Origin: an uncultured delta proteobacterium
GTDB taxonomy: Bacteria > Desulfobacterota > Syntrophia > Syntrophales > UBA5619
Assembly (NCBI GenBank): GCA_963817385.1
Contig: CAWFOM010000010.1
Coordinates: 288,001 to 352,000 of the forward strand
DNA length: 64,000 bases
Direction: 5' to 3'
Shown: positions 30,880 to 41,963 of the stretch, in pieces
Position numbering within the stretch: the stretch's first letter is position 1
Layout: the number at the start of each line of letters is the position of its first letter
Program-made: the position numbers and the translations under genes
Notes under the pieces: generated by a model
Seen by the model: only the letters and a program-made list of their open reading frames with translations
The model's database searches: none
Told to the model about the DNA's origin: nothing

Positions 30880-32481
30880 ATGTTTAAAAGTATCCGAATC
30901 AGGGCCGCCCTCACGATCGTCATCTGTCTGGCCGCGCTCGTCTATCTGGCGCCCACGCTGACGTCAGATCTTCCCGAGATCTGGAAGAATTACCTCCCGA
31001 CGGATAGGATCCATCTCGGACTCGACCTGCAGGGGGGGATGCATCTTGTCCTGGAGGTGGAGACCGCCAAGGCGGTGGAGAGCACCCTGGAGAGAACCGT
31101 AAACGATCTTAAGGAAAACCTCATGGATAAACGGATTCGCTTCAAGCTCCGCGATCGAACCAAGGAGAAAAACGTCTCGTTCGATTTTCCGGACGCCGCG
31201 TCGCGCGATGCCTTCGACAAGATCCTCAAGGACGAGTACCCGGACCTTGAAACTGCAACCTCCGAGATGGTGGAAGGCAGGGGCGTGGTATCCCTGAAGA
31301 TCAAGGATAAACGCGCCGTTGAGATAAAGAAGATGGCCGTCGAACAGAGCCTGGAGACGATCCGGAACCGCGTCGATCAATTCGGCATCTCCGAACCGGA
31401 GATCATCCCGCAGGGGGCGGATCGGATCATCGTTCAGCTCCCCGGGGTTAAGGATCCGGCCCGGGCCAAAAACCTGATCGGCCGGACGGCCCTTCTGGAA
31501 TTCAAGCTCGTCGACGAGGAGCACAGCCTTGATGACGCCCTCAAGGGAAACGTCCCCGAGGGGGACATTGTCGCCTATGAATCCCGACTGGACCGGACCT
31601 CGGGACGCAGGTCCCAGAACCCGATCCTTCTCAAAAACAAGTCCCTCCTGACGGGCGACGCCCTGGAGAACGCCAAGGTCCAGATCGGCGACCGCTTCGG
31701 GGAACCGCACGTATCCATCAAGTTCAACGCCCAGGGGGCAAAGGACTTCGACCGGATCACCGGAGAAAACGTCAAAAAACGTCTGGCCATCGTCCTGGAC
31801 GGCACGGTCCACTCCGCCCCGGTGATCCAGGAGCAGATCTCCGGGGGGCAGGCCCAGATCACCGGCTCGTTTACGATGGAAGAGGCAACCGATTTGGCGA
31901 TCGTCCTGCGCGCGGGCGCGCTTCCCGCGCCGGTGAACATCCTCGAGGAGCGGACGGTCGGTCCCTCCCTCGGCCAGGATTCGATTGACAAGGGTACCTG
32001 GGCAAGCATCATCGCCGGCATTCTGATTTTCATCTTCATGGTCTTTTACTACCGGATGACCGGACTTATCGCCGACGTCGCCCTGGCCATGAACATGCTG
32101 CTCCTGCTCGGCGTCATGGTTGCCTTCAAGGCGACGCTGACCCTCCCCGGCATCGCCGGCATCGTGCTCACCATCGGCATGGCCGTGGACGCAAACGTCC
32201 TGATCAACGAACGGATCAGGGAGGAGCTCCGGCTGGGGAAGACGCCGCGGGCGGCCATCGAGGCCGGCTATACGAAGGCCTTTTTGACGATCTTCGACTC
32301 CAATGTGACGACCCTCGTGGCGGCGCTCTTCCTCTTCGGCTTCGGCACCGGTCCGGTTAAGGGATTCGCCGTTACGCTGACCATCGGCATCGTCGTCAGC
32401 ATGTTTACCGCCGTTTTCGTCACGCGGATCATCTTCGACTACTTCGTCTGGAATCGAAAGATCCAGGCGATCAGCATTTAG
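30880..32481 (+). CDS. secD: Protein translocase subunit SecD
   Basis: LGLDLQGG, RNRVDQFG, GPSLG, GMAVDANVLINERI. Confidence 0.97.
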   Translation: MFKSIRIRAALTIVICLAALVYLAPTLTSDLPEIWKNYLPTDRIHLGLDLQGGMHLVLEVETAKAVESTLERTVNDLKENLMDKRIRFKLRDRTKEKNVSFDFPDAASRDAFDKILKDEYPDLETATSEMVEGRGVVSLKIKDKRAVEIKKMAVEQSLETIRNRVDQFGISEPEIIPQGADRIIVQLPGVKDPARAKNLIGRTALLEFKLVDEEHSLDDALKGNVPEGDIVAYESRLDRTSGRRSQNPILLKNKSLLTGDALENAKVQIGDRFGEPHVSIKFNAQGAKDFDRITGENVKKRLAIVLDGTVHSAPVIQEQISGGQAQITGSFTMEEATDLAIVLRAGALPAPVNILEERTVGPSLGQDSIDKGTWASIIAGILIFIFMVFYYRMTGLIADVALAMNMLLLLGVMVAFKATLTLPGIAGIVLTIGMAVDANVLINERIREELRLGKTPRAAIEAGYTKAFLTIFDSNVTTLVAALFLFGFGTGPVKGFAVTLTIGIVVSMFTAVFVTRIIFDYFVWNRKIQAISI

Positions 32482-32555
32482 CGGGGCCCGGGAGGGCCGT
32501 TACACCGGTCCGGGACGAAGACGTCCGGCGCCTGTATGTTTTTGAGGAGAATGGT

Positions 32556-33464
32556 ATGGAAATCATAAAAACGGAAACCCATTTCGATTTTGTCAGGCTG
32601 ATGAAACCCGCGGTCATCCTGTCGGTCGCCGTGATCGTCATCGGCATCGCCTCCCTGATCTGGCACGGGGGGCCCAATTACGGCATCGACTTCGCGGGCG
32701 GCTCGCTGATCCAGATAAAGTTCCAGGAGGACCCCAACGCCGACAAGATCAGAAGCGCGCTCAAACCGATGGGCTTCGAGGGAAGCATCATCCAGAAGTT
32801 CGGACCGAAGGAAGTCATCGTCCGGACGGCCGAGTCCGGTGCGGACCCCAAGGGGCTTACCTCCCGCGTCGACGAGGCGCTCACCGCCGCCTTCGGCAAG
32901 GGCGCCTACGAGGTCCGGCGGATCGAGGTGGTCGGCCCCAAGGTCGGAAAGGACCTGACGCGGAAGGCCATCCTGGCCATCATCTTTTCCTGGATCGGCA
33001 TCCTGATCTACGTGGGGGTGCGCTTCGAATTCCGCTACGCCCTGGGCGGGATCATCGCGCTCGTCCACGACGTCTTAATCACGATCACTTTCCTCTCGGT
33101 TTTTGGCAAGGAGTTCGATCTCAACATCGTGGCGGCACTCCTGACCATCATCGGTTATTCGATCAACGATACCATCGTGATCTTCGACCGGATCCGGGAG
33201 AATACGCGGAAGAACATCAAGATGTCCCTGTTCGACATCATTAATGTAAGCGTGAATCAGACGCTCAGCCGGACGATCCTGACATCACTGACCGTTTTTA
33301 TGGTCCTGCTTATCCTGTTTGTTTTCGGAGGGGCGGTCATCCACGATTTCACCTTCGCGCTCCTGGTGGGTACGGTTGCCGGCGTCTATTCGACCGTCTT
33401 CATTGCGAGCCCGATCGTGCTTCTTTTCGAGAAGATCAAACCATCGAGCATGAAGAGGAAGTAA
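32556..33464 (+). CDS. secF: Protein translocase subunit SecF
   Basis: GIDFAGG, VGPKVG, GYSINDTIVIFDRIRE. Confidence 0.97.
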   Translation: MEIIKTETHFDFVRLMKPAVILSVAVIVIGIASLIWHGGPNYGIDFAGGSLIQIKFQEDPNADKIRSALKPMGFEGSIIQKFGPKEVIVRTAESGADPKGLTSRVDEALTAAFGKGAYEVRRIEVVGPKVGKDLTRKAILAIIFSWIGILIYVGVRFEFRYALGGIIALVHDVLITITFLSVFGKEFDLNIVAALLTIIGYSINDTIVIFDRIRENTRKNIKMSLFDIINVSVNQTLSRTILTSLTVFMVLLILFVFGGAVIHDFTFALLVGTVAGVYSTVFIASPIVLLFEKIKPSSMKRK

Positions 33465-33468
33465 TAAT

Positions 33469-33981
33469 TTGTCACCCCTAGAGATTGGAGGACTGACCCT
33501 GTTCATCCTGGTGCTCCTGTTCGGCACCTTCTCCGTCCTCTTCGGTTTTCCGGGGACCGCCATCATCTTCCTTGATGCGGCCCTCTATGGCGTCTTCACC
33601 GGGTTCGAGAAGATCGGTCTCAAGATCCTCGTAACCCTGCTTATCCTTTCGGCGCTCGCGGAAATCGCGGATTTTGCCGTAGGCATGGCGGGCGCCGTGA
33701 AATTTGGCGCTTCCCGGAAGGGATTCTGGGCCTTTTTGATCGGGGGGATTGTCGGGGCACTCTGCCTGTCCCCCTTTTTCTTGGGTCTTGGCCTCATCGT
33801 CGGGACCTTCCTCGGGGGCTTCGCCGCCATGGTGACGGTGGAACTGCTCGCCAGAAACCGACTCAAACCGACGCTCCGGGCAGCGTACGGGGCCATCCTG
33901 GGACGTGCGGCGGGAATCTGCGTGAAGGGGTTTTTTGCCCTGATCATGCTCATTATCACCTTAACCAGTATCTATTCGTAA
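33469..33981 (+). CDS. DUF456-like membrane protein
   Basis: Gly-rich hydrophobic protein with PGT, GAVKFGAS, GLIVGTFLG. Confidence 0.65.
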   Translation: MSPLEIGGLTLFILVLLFGTFSVLFGFPGTAIIFLDAALYGVFTGFEKIGLKILVTLLILSALAEIADFAVGMAGAVKFGASRKGFWAFLIGGIVGALCLSPFFLGLGLIVGTFLGGFAAMVTVELLARNRLKPTLRAAYGAILGRAAGICVKGFFALIMLIITLTSIYS

Positions 33982-33991
33982 GGACGAACCG

Positions 33992-34603
33992 ATGAGTAAA
34001 ACGAAATCCAAGCTGCGGGAATATATCGAAGCAATCCTCCTGGCCATTCTGATCGCCTTCTTCATCCGCACCTTCGTCATCCAGGCGTATAAAATTCCCT
34101 CCGGCTCCATGAAACCGACCCTCTTGATCGGCGACCATATCCTCGTGAGCAAATCCATTTATGGGATCAAGCTGCCCTTCATCCGTTCCACCGTCATCCC
34201 CATCGGAGAGCCCAAACGAGGGGACATCGTGGTCTTTATCTATCCTGAAGACCGCTCGAAGGATTTCATCAAGCGGCTCATCGGCGTTCCCGGCGATACC
34301 ATTGAGGTCCGTAACAAGAAGATCCTCCTCAACGGGCTTCCCTTCGATGACGTTCACGGGGTCCATTCGGACAGCATCATCATTCCCGGATCGGTCCAAC
34401 CCCGCGACAATTTCGGACCGGTCAGAGTGCCGGAAGGCTCCATCTTCGTCATGGGGGACAACCGGGATGAGAGTTACGACAGCCGTTTCTGGGGGTTCGT
34501 CAACATGAAGGACGTCCTGGGAAAGGCCCTGATTATCTACTGGTCATGGAACCAGGAGGAGTACGGCGTTCGCTGGAGTCGGATCGGCACCGTTCTTCGC
34601 TAA
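33992..34603 (+). CDS. lepB: Signal peptidase I
   Basis: IPSGSMKPTL, FIKRLIG, GDNRDESYDSR. Confidence 0.96.
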   Translation: MSKTKSKLREYIEAILLAILIAFFIRTFVIQAYKIPSGSMKPTLLIGDHILVSKSIYGIKLPFIRSTVIPIGEPKRGDIVVFIYPEDRSKDFIKRLIGVPGDTIEVRNKKILLNGLPFDDVHGVHSDSIIIPGSVQPRDNFGPVRVPEGSIFVMGDNRDESYDSRFWGFVNMKDVLGKALIIYWSWNQEEYGVRWSRIGTVLR

Positions 34604-34631
34604 AAAACGAAGGATTCGGATTCCCCAACCT

Positions 34632-34666
34632 GTAAACGAGCGCCGGCCCTCTTGGTGCTCGTTTAC
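34632..34666 (+). terminator. Hairpin after lepB
   Basis: GTAAACGAGCGCC...GGTGCTCGTTTAC stem. Confidence 0.55.
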
Positions 34667-34746
34667 CCATTTTCAACGGCCATCTTTTGGCTTGACACAA
34701 TCCGGTCATTCAGTATAAAGACTACGCCATCAGCGGTTGGTACAGA

Positions 34747-35418
<672 letters not shown>

Positions 35419-35486
35419 TCCATGAATCTTCGCCCCGCAGGGGAGACCTCCCTGCCGGTGCGATCGCCTACATTTGAGGTTGAATC

Positions 35487-36413
35487 ATGAAACTCAGCAG
35501 AAAAGACATCCTCGGTATTCAGGATTTCTCCGTTGAGGAGATCAATCTTGTTCTCGATACGGCGGAGTCCTTCATCGAGGTCTCCACCCGGGAGATCAAA
35601 AAAGTCCCCACGCTGCGCGGTAAGACCGTGATCAATCTCTTCTACGAGGCGAGCACCCGGACGAGGACCTCCTTTGAGATCGCCGGCAAACGGCTGAGCG
35701 CGGATACGATCAACATCTCCGCTTCGACCAGCAGCATGGTCAAGGGAGAAACCCTGATCGACACCGCGAAGAATCTGGAAGCGATGAATCCGGATATCAT
35801 CGTAATCCGCCACAGCGCCGCCGGGGCGCCCCACATGCTGGCGAGACTCCTCAGGCAGTCGATCATCAATGCCGGCGACGGGGCCCATGAACACCCCACG
35901 CAGGCGCTTCTGGATCTGATGACGATCCGTTCCAAAAAGGGGCGGATCGCCGGACTTCAGGTAGCCATCGTCGGCGATATCGCCCACAGTCGCGTTGCCC
36001 GTTCGAACATCCACGGCCTGATCAAGATGGGGGCGCAGGTCCGCGTAGCGGGTCCGGCCACCATGCTCCCCCGCGACATCGAAAAGATGGGGGTCCGCGC
36101 CTATACCAAGATCGATGAGGCCATTCGTGAAGCCGATATCATCATGATGCTCCGTATCCAGACCGAACGGGAGAAGCACAACATCTTCCCTTCCCTGCGT
36201 GAGTATGCCCAACACTTTTCCCTCAACTCCCGGAACATCAACCTGGCCCGGGAGGATGTCCTGATCATGCATCCGGGACCCGTGAACCGCGGGGTGGAGA
36301 TCTCTCCGGATATCGCGGACGGGCCCCGTTCGATCATCCTCGATCAGGTCACCAACGGCGTAGCGGTCAGGATGGCGCTTCTCTATCTGTTATCAGGAGG
36401 CAGCGATTCATGA
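35487..36413 (+). CDS. pyrB: Aspartate carbamoyltransferase catalytic subunit
   Basis: [26 protein letters not shown]. Confidence 0.97.
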   Translation: MKLSRKDILGIQDFSVEEINLVLDTAESFIEVSTREIKKVPTLRGKTVINLFYEASTRTRTSFEIAGKRLSADTINISASTSSMVKGETLIDTAKNLEAMNPDIIVIRHSAAGAPHMLARLLRQSIINAGDGAHEHPTQALLDLMTIRSKKGRIAGLQVAIVGDIAHSRVARSNIHGLIKMGAQVRVAGPATMLPRDIEKMGVRAYTKIDEAIREADIIMMLRIQTEREKHNIFPSLREYAQHFSLNSRNINLAREDVLIMHPGPVNRGVEISPDIADGPRSIILDQVTNGVAVRMALLYLLSGGSDS

Positions 36414-36537
36414 CGGCTTCGGAAAAAGTCCATATGCGGCGTTGCGCTTCCCCCTTCGTCACTGCGGCGTACGGAACAGTACGCCTCATTCCTCAGGAGT
36501 CGCGCGCCTTGCCTCTGGCTCTTTTTCCGAAGCCGTC
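36412..36537. repeat. Palindromic MITE/REP-like element, copy 1 (126 bp)
   Basis: Perfect 17-bp terminal inverted repeat GACGGCTTCGGAAAAAG; internal GGCGTAC-N6-GTACGCC hairpin; second copy at 44263. Confidence 0.85.
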
Positions 36538-36567
36538 CAACAATTTACCCAGTCGAGGATATCATTC

Positions 36568-37854
36568 ATGACTCTCTTACTGAAAGGCGGCCGGTTGGTC
36601 GACCCTTCCCGGAAAACGGACGGCAAGATGGACCTGCTTATCGAAGACGGAAAAATCGTCCGAACCGGGAAGAACCTCCTGAAGGAGGGAACCCCTTCCG
36701 ATGCGGAGGTCATTGACCTCCACGGCAAGCTGGTCGTCCCCGGCCTGATCGATATGCATACCCACTTGCGGGAGCCGGGATTCGAATACAAGGAGACGAT
36801 CGCCTCCGGAAGCGAGGCCGCCGTCGCGGGCGGCTTCACCTCCATCGCCTGCATGCCCAATACCGACCCCATCAACGACAGTCGGTCCGTAACCGAATTC
36901 ATCCGCAGAAAGGCGTTGGAGTGCGGCGTTGCGAACGTCTATCCTATCGCGGCAATCAGCATGAAGTCGGAGGGAACGACCCTTACCGAATTCTGGGACC
37001 TCAAGGAGGCCGGCGCAGTCGGTTTCTCGGATGATGGGAAACCCGTCATGAATGCCGCTCTGATGCGCCGGACGCTCGAATACGCCTCTTCGCTGGATAT
37101 GCCGGTCATCGTCCACTGCGAGGATAAAAACCTCTCCTCCGGAGGGGTGATGCACGAGGGCGCCGTGGCCACCGAACTCGGCCTGGCCGGCATCCCTGCG
37201 GCAGCGGAAGACGTCATGGTAGCTCGGGATCTCCTCCTGGCAGAATTTACCGGGGCACCCGTGCACATCGCCCATGTGAGCACCGCCGGGGCGGTCCGCC
37301 TTATCCGGGAAGCCAAGGCCAGAGGTGTTTGCGTGACCGCGGAAACCGCCCCCCACTATTTTTCCCTGACCGATGAGGCCGTCCGGGGGTTTGACACCAA
37401 CGCCAAGGTTTACCCGCCCCTGCGCGGCGCGGACGATGTCACCGCCGTCCGCGAGGGGCTTCGAGACGGGACCCTCGATGTGATCGCCAGCGATCATGCG
37501 CCCCACGCCAGGACTGATAAGGAGGTAGAATTTGACTATGCCGCGAGCGGCTTGACGGGTCTCGAAACCTCACTCGCCCTCTCCCTTCGGCTCGTTGCGG
37601 ACGGCGTCCTGTCGCTTTCCGGTCTGCTCGAAAAGCTGTCCCTCCGTCCGGCCGAGATCCTTCGCATCCCCAAAGGCACCCTCGCCGCCGGCGCCGACGC
37701 CGATGTCACCGTCATCGATCCGGAACGGGAATGGACCGTCGACCGCCGACTCCTCCGCTCCCGCGGCAAAAACTCCCCCTTTCACGGCTGGGTCCTGAAG
37801 GGGAAGACGGTCCTGACGATCGTCGGCGGCGTCGTTCGCTACCGCGACCGGTAA
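36568..37854 (+). CDS. pyrC: Dihydroorotase
   Basis: PGLIDMHTHLREPG, CMPNT, HCED, ASDHAPH. Confidence 0.96.
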   Translation: MTLLLKGGRLVDPSRKTDGKMDLLIEDGKIVRTGKNLLKEGTPSDAEVIDLHGKLVVPGLIDMHTHLREPGFEYKETIASGSEAAVAGGFTSIACMPNTDPINDSRSVTEFIRRKALECGVANVYPIAAISMKSEGTTLTEFWDLKEAGAVGFSDDGKPVMNAALMRRTLEYASSLDMPVIVHCEDKNLSSGGVMHEGAVATELGLAGIPAAAEDVMVARDLLLAEFTGAPVHIAHVSTAGAVRLIREAKARGVCVTAETAPHYFSLTDEAVRGFDTNAKVYPPLRGADDVTAVREGLRDGTLDVIASDHAPHARTDKEVEFDYAASGLTGLETSLALSLRLVADGVLSLSGLLEKLSLRPAEILRIPKGTLAAGADADVTVIDPEREWTVDRRLLRSRGKNSPFHGWVLKGKTVLTIVGGVVRYRDR

Positions 37855-37863
37855 GAAAAGTAA

Positions 37864-38658
37864 ATGAACGCCAGGACGCAACATCGGACGGAGGCGATCG
37901 TCCTTCGCCTCCTCGATTACGGAGAATCGGACCGGATCGTAACATTCTTCACTGCCGGGTACGGAAAGATCAGGGGGATCGCCAAGGGTGCGAGACGCAG
38001 CCGCAAGCGGTTCGCCAACGTCCTCGAACCCTTCTGCTGTTCGCATCTCCTCTTTTCCCGCCGGGGGCCGGACAGCCTGGCTCTGATCGACTCTTCCGAG
38101 GTGATCTCTCATTTTCCCCTCATCCGCGCGGATCTGGAAAAGACGCTAAGCGCCTCCTATCTGATCGACCTGACTGATCAGTTCACCCCGGACGATAAAA
38201 AAAACGAGGCGCTATTCAAGCTCCTGCACGATTTTCTTTTCTTGATCGAAGAACGCCCCGCCGCTGAGTCGATCCTCCGCTTCTTCGAAATACGCCTCCT
38301 GAAGCTCTCCGGATACGACCCGGTGCTGGATCATTGCCTGGTGTGCAAAAAACCGGTCGAACAAGAGACCCTCTATCGGTTCATCGCCGCCGACGGCGGC
38401 TTGACGTGCGCCGGATGCCGGCCCGCGGGCGCAGGCGGCATCCCCGTCTCCTTGGGAACGATCCGGACGCTCGTGTTGGGACGGGAGGCGCAAATCGACC
38501 GGCTGGGCCGCATCCTTCTTTCGGGGCAGTCCGCCGACGAAAGCCGGCAGCTCCTGGCCCATTTCATCCGACACATCCTCGGACGTGAATTGAAATCGCT
38601 TCACGTGCTAAATGAAATCCGGCGGCTGTATATCTCGCGCGCCCCAAATGGCTATTGA
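37864..38658 (+). CDS. recO: DNA repair protein RecO
   Basis: VLRLLDYGESDRIV, AKGARRS, CxxC...CxxC zinc finger. Confidence 0.93.
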   Translation: MNARTQHRTEAIVLRLLDYGESDRIVTFFTAGYGKIRGIAKGARRSRKRFANVLEPFCCSHLLFSRRGPDSLALIDSSEVISHFPLIRADLEKTLSASYLIDLTDQFTPDDKKNEALFKLLHDFLFLIEERPAAESILRFFEIRLLKLSGYDPVLDHCLVCKKPVEQETLYRFIAADGGLTCAGCRPAGAGGIPVSLGTIRTLVLGREAQIDRLGRILLSGQSADESRQLLAHFIRHILGRELKSLHVLNEIRRLYISRAPNGY

Positions 38659-38745
38659 CACCCGCGGGCTACCGTGTTAAGAACCCGACCGGAAAATTTG
38701 TCGTAAAATCAAGAAATAACGTGATCCCGATTAACAGGAGGAGTT

Positions 38746-39618
38746 GTGACCTTTCAGGAATTGATCTTCGCCCTCGAGCGCTACTGGGCCTCTCAGGGAT
38801 GCGTGATCCAGCAGCCGTATGACATCGAGGTGGGCGCCGGCACCTTCAACCCGGCCACCTTTCTCCGGGCTCTGGGACCGGAACCGTGGCGGGTGGCCTA
38901 TGTGGAACCATCCCGGAGACCCACGGACGGCCGCTACGGAGAAAACCCGAACCGTCTCCAGCACTACTACCAGTACCAGGTCGTCATGAAGCCCTCGCCG
39001 CCCAACATCCAGGAGCTCTACCTCGACTCCCTCAAGAGCTTCGGAATCGATCCGTTGGAGCACGATATCCGTTTCGTGGAAGACGACTGGGAATCGCCGA
39101 CGGTCGGCGCCTGGGGACTCGGTTGGGAGGTGTGGCTCGATGGAATGGAGATCTCCCAGTTCACCTACTTCCAGCAGGTCGGCGGATTCGATTGCCGGCC
39201 CGTCAGCGCGGAGCTGACCTACGGTACCGAGCGGATCGCGATGTACATCCAGGGGATCGACAACGTCTACGACCTCGAATGGACAAAGGGGATCAAGTAC
39301 GGGGATGTCCACCACCAGAGCGAGGTGGAGTGGTCGGTTTACAATTTCGAGACCGCCGACATCGGGGAGCTTCGCAAGCGCTTCGACATGTACGAGGCCG
39401 AGGGGACCCGGGCGGCGGAAAAAGGGCTGGTGCTGCCAACCTACGACCACTGCCTGAAGTGTTCCCACACCTTTAACCTGCTCAATGCGCGCGGGGCGAT
39501 CAGCGTGGCCGAGCGGACGAGCTACATCGGCCGTGTCCGGAACCTCGCCCGGCTCAGCGCGGAGGGCTATCTCCGCCAACGGGAAGCAATGGGCTACCCC
39601 CTTCTCAACAGGGCATGA
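38746..39618 (+). CDS. glyQ: Glycine-tRNA ligase alpha subunit
   Basis: [33 protein letters not shown]. Confidence 0.98.
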   Translation: MTFQELIFALERYWASQGCVIQQPYDIEVGAGTFNPATFLRALGPEPWRVAYVEPSRRPTDGRYGENPNRLQHYYQYQVVMKPSPPNIQELYLDSLKSFGIDPLEHDIRFVEDDWESPTVGAWGLGWEVWLDGMEISQFTYFQQVGGFDCRPVSAELTYGTERIAMYIQGIDNVYDLEWTKGIKYGDVHHQSEVEWSVYNFETADIGELRKRFDMYEAEGTRAAEKGLVLPTYDHCLKCSHTFNLLNARGAISVAERTSYIGRVRNLARLSAEGYLRQREAMGYPLLNRA

Positions 39619-39673
39619 CCGGGAAACGGAAGGGATACTTACCGCATAAAGACAGCATAGCGATTGGAGAACA

Positions 39674-41768
39674 TTGATGGGCACGGAACTGCTGCTCGAA
39701 ATCGGAACCGAGGAGATCCCGGCCGCCTTTCTGCCGAAGGCGCTCACGGATATGGACGAGATCATCCGCAAGGAGCTCGGCGCAAACCGCATCCGCCATG
39801 AAGAGATCCGGACATTGGGAACGCCCCGCCGCCTCTTCCTGGCCGTTGCCGGCGTCGCCGAACGTCAGGACGACCAGGTGATCGAAAAACTGGGCCCTGC
39901 GAAAAGGGTTGCCTTCGACGCGGCGGGAAATCCTTCCAAGGCGGCTCTCGGCTTCTGCCGGGGGCAGGGGCTCGACGTGTCGCAACTGGAGACGGCTCTC
40001 ACGGATAAGGGAGAGTATCTCTGCGCCAGAAAGAAGATCGCCGGCGAGGCGACGGAAGGGCTCCTCCCCGCGATCCTGACGAAGCTCATCACCGACATCC
40101 CCTTCCGCAAATCGATGCGCTGGTCCGATCTGGAGGTCCGGTTTGCCCGGCCGATCCACTGGATCCTGGCCCTCTTCGACGGCCGGGTCGTCCCCGTCCG
40201 GATCGGAAACATTGAAAGCGGCGCCACCAGCCGCGGTCACCGCTTCATGAGCCCCGCCTCATTTACCGTCGCCAACCGGGAGGAGTACCTGACGAAAACC
40301 CGAGAGCATTTCGTCATCGTCGATCCCGCGGAGAGGAAGAAGATCATCCTCGAGGAGACCGACAAGGCGGCGGCGGCCGTCGGGGGCACGGTGCTCCGCC
40401 ATGAGGCGCTTCTCGAGACCGTCACGTTTCTCACCGAATATCCGACCGTCGTCTGCGGGAGCTTCGATCGGGAATACCTGCAACTCCCCCGGGAGGTCCT
40501 CATCACCACGATGATCTCCCACCAGAAATATTTCCCGGTGTTGGACGCAACGAGCGGCAATCTCCTGCCCCATTTTCTCACGATCAACAACACCCTCGCC
40601 CGCGACCCGGCGGTCGTCAGACGCGGCAATGAGAAGGTGATCCGCGCCCGTCTGGCCGATGCGCGTTTTTTCTTCGAAGAGGACCGGAAGATACCTCTCG
40701 AGAACCGTGTCGAGGGTCTCAAAAAGGTCACCTTCCACACCCTCCTCGGCAGCTCCTACGAAAAGGTCATGCGTTTTCGGAAGCTCGCCGCCTGGATCGC
40801 CGGCCGCATTGAACCGTCTCATAGCCCACGGACCACCTTGGCAGCACACGTCGACGAGGCGGCACTGCTCGCCAAGGCCGATCTGGATACCCAGATGGTC
40901 GGCGAGTTTGCGGAACTGCAGGGGATCATGGGGCGCGAATACGCGCTTCTCGAAGGCAGAGACCCGATCGTGGCAAAGGCCATCTACGAACATTACCTTC
41001 CCACCGGTGCGGGCGGTGAACTTCCCGAATCCGACGAGGGGGCGATCGTCAGCATCGCCGACAAGATGGATACGATCTGCGGATTCTTCGGCGTCGGCCT
41101 GATCCCGACGGGAACAGCCGACCCCTATGCCCTGCGCCGCCAGGCCCTCGGCATCATCAACATCATCCTGAAGAAACGCTACCCGCTTCCGCTCGACGCC
41201 CTGATCGACGAGAGCCTCGCCGTCCTCGGCGGGCTTCTGAATCGCCCCGCCGATGAGACGAAAGCCGATATCCTGGAGTTCTTCCGGGGCCGGTTTGAAA
41301 ATCAGCTCCTCTCCCAGGGCCACCCCTACGACGTCGTGGACGCTGTGCTCGCTACGGGAATCAATGATCTCGTGAAGGCGGAGGCGAAGATCCGGGCGAT
41401 GGAGGAGTTCAAATCGGATCCCGACTTTGCACCGCTCGCCGTCGCCTTCAAACGGGTTGTCAACATCATCCGGAACGCGGAAAAAGGTGAGCTCGCCCGC
41501 GAGCACTCACTGCACCGAAGAGCAGGAGCTCCACGAGGCCTTCCTGACAATCCGCCAGATCGTCATGAATCGCTCGGCCGAGGGGGACTATCGGGCCGCA
41601 CTCATCGCGCTGGCCAAGCTTCGCAAACCCGTAGACGCCTTTTTCGAGCAGGTCCTGGTCATGGCGGAAGACAGGAAACTCCGCTGCCACCGTCTCGCGC
41701 TGCTCGAAGAGATCTCGTCTCTCTTCCACGATTTGGCCGACTTCTCCAAGATCGTGACCGAATCATAA
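39674..41768 (+). CDS. glyS: Glycine-tRNA ligase beta subunit, +1 frameshift near 41490
   Basis: LLEIGTEEIP, FARPIHW, GEFAELQG, DPYALRR; true C-terminus (VDAFFEQVLVMAED...DFSKI) in ORF 41427-41768. Confidence 0.93.
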
Positions 41769-41963
41769 GACATCCGTGACGCAGCCCCGTTTCTCTCCTT
41801 CTCGGAGTCGTGCCATCGCCCCGGAAGGTCTGCCCTATCCTAACGGCCAAAGTTCTTATTGAATTTATTTTAAATCTGTTTTAGCCTCTGCCGCTGATGA
41901 TGCTCATCAATTTCATTGTCGTCTTGCATAATACTCGGCGTCATTCACATAACGGAGAACGGA

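Noticed and set aside
36442..36567. N-terminal extension of PyrC in the ORF track
   Set aside because: It is translated repeat sequence. Dihydroorotase homology begins at ATG 36568 (MTLLLKGG).
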